From Takakia lepidozioides (Eukaryota; Plantae; Bryophyta): a stretch of 64,000 bases of DNA. The DNA lies in the NCBI GenBank assembly GCA_030704615.1, contig CM060732.1, positions 62,248,001 to 62,312,000 of the forward strand, given 5' to 3'. A model generated the notes under the pieces. The model was not told where the DNA came from, made no database searches, and saw only the letters and a list, made by a program, of their open reading frames with translations. Position numbers and translations under genes: made by a program. Each line of letters opens with the position of its first letter. The first letter of the stretch is position 1. Shown here one piece after another: positions 62,298 to 64,000 of the stretch.

Positions 62298-64000
62298 GAT
62301 GTGTTTTTTTTTTAATCTCAAACCTCCTCCATCTTGCATTGGAAATTAACACCAAAATATTATGCAATATCTTATCAATTTTCTCTTTTACCATAGATTG
62401 TTTTTTTTGTGTTTTGTACATATTGAAGAACATCAGATATTCTTTAAAACCATTAAATTATATATTAATGGAAATAACTATCCATACCCGGAAACTATTC
62501 ATACCCTCAGGGTATATTTTGGCATATATATCCATACCCGGGGGTTATATAGAAATCTGAAAAGTTAATTTACCCATACCTGGAGGGTAAATGATTTCAC
62601 AAAAATAACTTACTTATACCCTATGGGTATATTGAAATCAATATACCCGCACAACACTGGTTCGAACCTTGGACCTAGGATTAATAAAATAAATTGGAGT
62701 TGATGTAGGGAGCCCACGTGGGGATCCCACATGTGGAGCCCACGAGCCCTGACAGGAGCCGGCCCCCTAGGTTGTAAATACGGTATTAATGTCATTAATA
62801 TTTATTTTTCAAGGCGCCGGCATATCGGCCCTAATGTTGGATGGATTAATTTGCATTGGAGATGGATGAAAATGTAGATGGATGGATGTATTCCATGCAT
62901 GCCCATCCATCCATGAAATTAATGAATTCCATCCCCATTGCCACAGCCGTCGGATTAGAGGTTTGATCTGACGGTTGTGACACAAGAGACTACATACGGG
63001 GATGATGCATACTCCCCGATTCTTTTTTGCTTACCACCTCGAGCTGATTCAGGCTCTGCAACTAGGCTGTCAACGTTGGGAGAGAGAGAGGGGGACACCA
63101 TGTGTATGTGTAAAAGAGAGCAACGTGTGTGTGAGAGAGAGCAACGCAGGGAGAGAGATAAAGAGTGTGGGTGTGAGAGAGAACCCTAAACTTTTGCACT
63201 GTGTGTGAGAGAGAAGAGACTCAAAGAGAGAGCCCAACGAAGCAGCCGCGGCGAGCAAACCAACGGCCCGCTGCAGTGCCTTGAAGTAGGGAAGGAGGAG
63301 TAGCTTGGCAAGGAGCCTTTGCAAGTGTCACAAGGCCAGCACGGAGTGCGTTCTTTTCAATTTTGTTTTTGTTTTTGTCTTTCCAGTGTCAGGCTCCTTC
63401 TTTGCTTGCAATGCAGATAGCGACGAAGAGAGAGTAGTGGGTCAATGTTTGTTGAATATCTTTTCAACGAGAGATGTCGTATTATCTGTCTCTACACATT
63501 CCTAAGCACTCACATAAGCAAATTATACGTACGTGCAGGGCAATTTTTGGAGAGGGGATTTTGTATTTGAAACAGACGGAGTGCCTTGAAGCACGGAATG
63601 AAAGATCATCATAGCTTGGCGGAGCCTTGTCAAGTGTCACAAGCCATACTCCAAGTATCATGTGAGTTCTTTTGTTCTTCGTGTACGGGAAAACCCGCCC
63701 ATAGCAACCAATGAATTCGTTGAAGTTTTCAGGCACTTGGTCGGATTTTCATAGAAATTAGATCTCTACCCGTACCTGTACAGGCATATAGGGCTTCCAC
63801 TTGTTTTCTCGATTATCTGTATCTTCAGACAGATCAGGTTTGTGCCAGTAGTTTCCGTGCCAGTAGTTTCCATACCAAGTGATGTAGGATTCTACTCAGA
63901 TGCGTGTTGCGATTCAACAAAACAGAGCTAGAGTAAGATGATAACAGAATAGACCTGCAGCATGCTACATTTATAGCATTGCACACTGCCATGAATTGAG

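Noticed and set aside
63080-64000. GA-rich stretch with a telobox-like AACCCTAA, possibly a 5' UTR of a downstream gene
   Set aside because: No supportable CDS within the window.

Overview
Eukaryotic, intron-containing, TE-dense DNA from a land plant. A bryophyte-grade host is inferred from the PLS-type PPR fragments and the TE families. Host genes: (1) a 6-exon plastid-type beta-barrel gene resembling cyanobacterial SLH/OprB-type porins (<2-4590, +); (2) a head-to-head pair of an AIPP1/EDM3-like RRM gene (frameshifted) and a clavaminate-synthase-like TauD dioxygenase, embedded in a modular inverted satellite; (3) pseudogene fragments (F-box/LRR, PPR, RING-H2). Most of the window is nested transposons: three diverged Mutator-like DDE transposases with a GCM-like N-terminus, one DUF7869-type (Sola-like) transposase, two CACTA ends, two solo LTRs with perfect 5-bp TSDs, a Gypsy PPT+LTR and two tRNA-derived SINEs. 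The most notable signal is that the large DNA transposons carry spliced cargo genes with a ParB/Srx-like domain and/or a bacterial beta-class (N4-C/N6-A) DNA-methyltransferase-like domain. Each element is also studded, in introns and spacers, with its own family of 18-20-bp CG-containing palindromes. This suggests an element-specific binder/marker plus binding-site system. All family assignments come from motifs recognised by eye, not from database searches.
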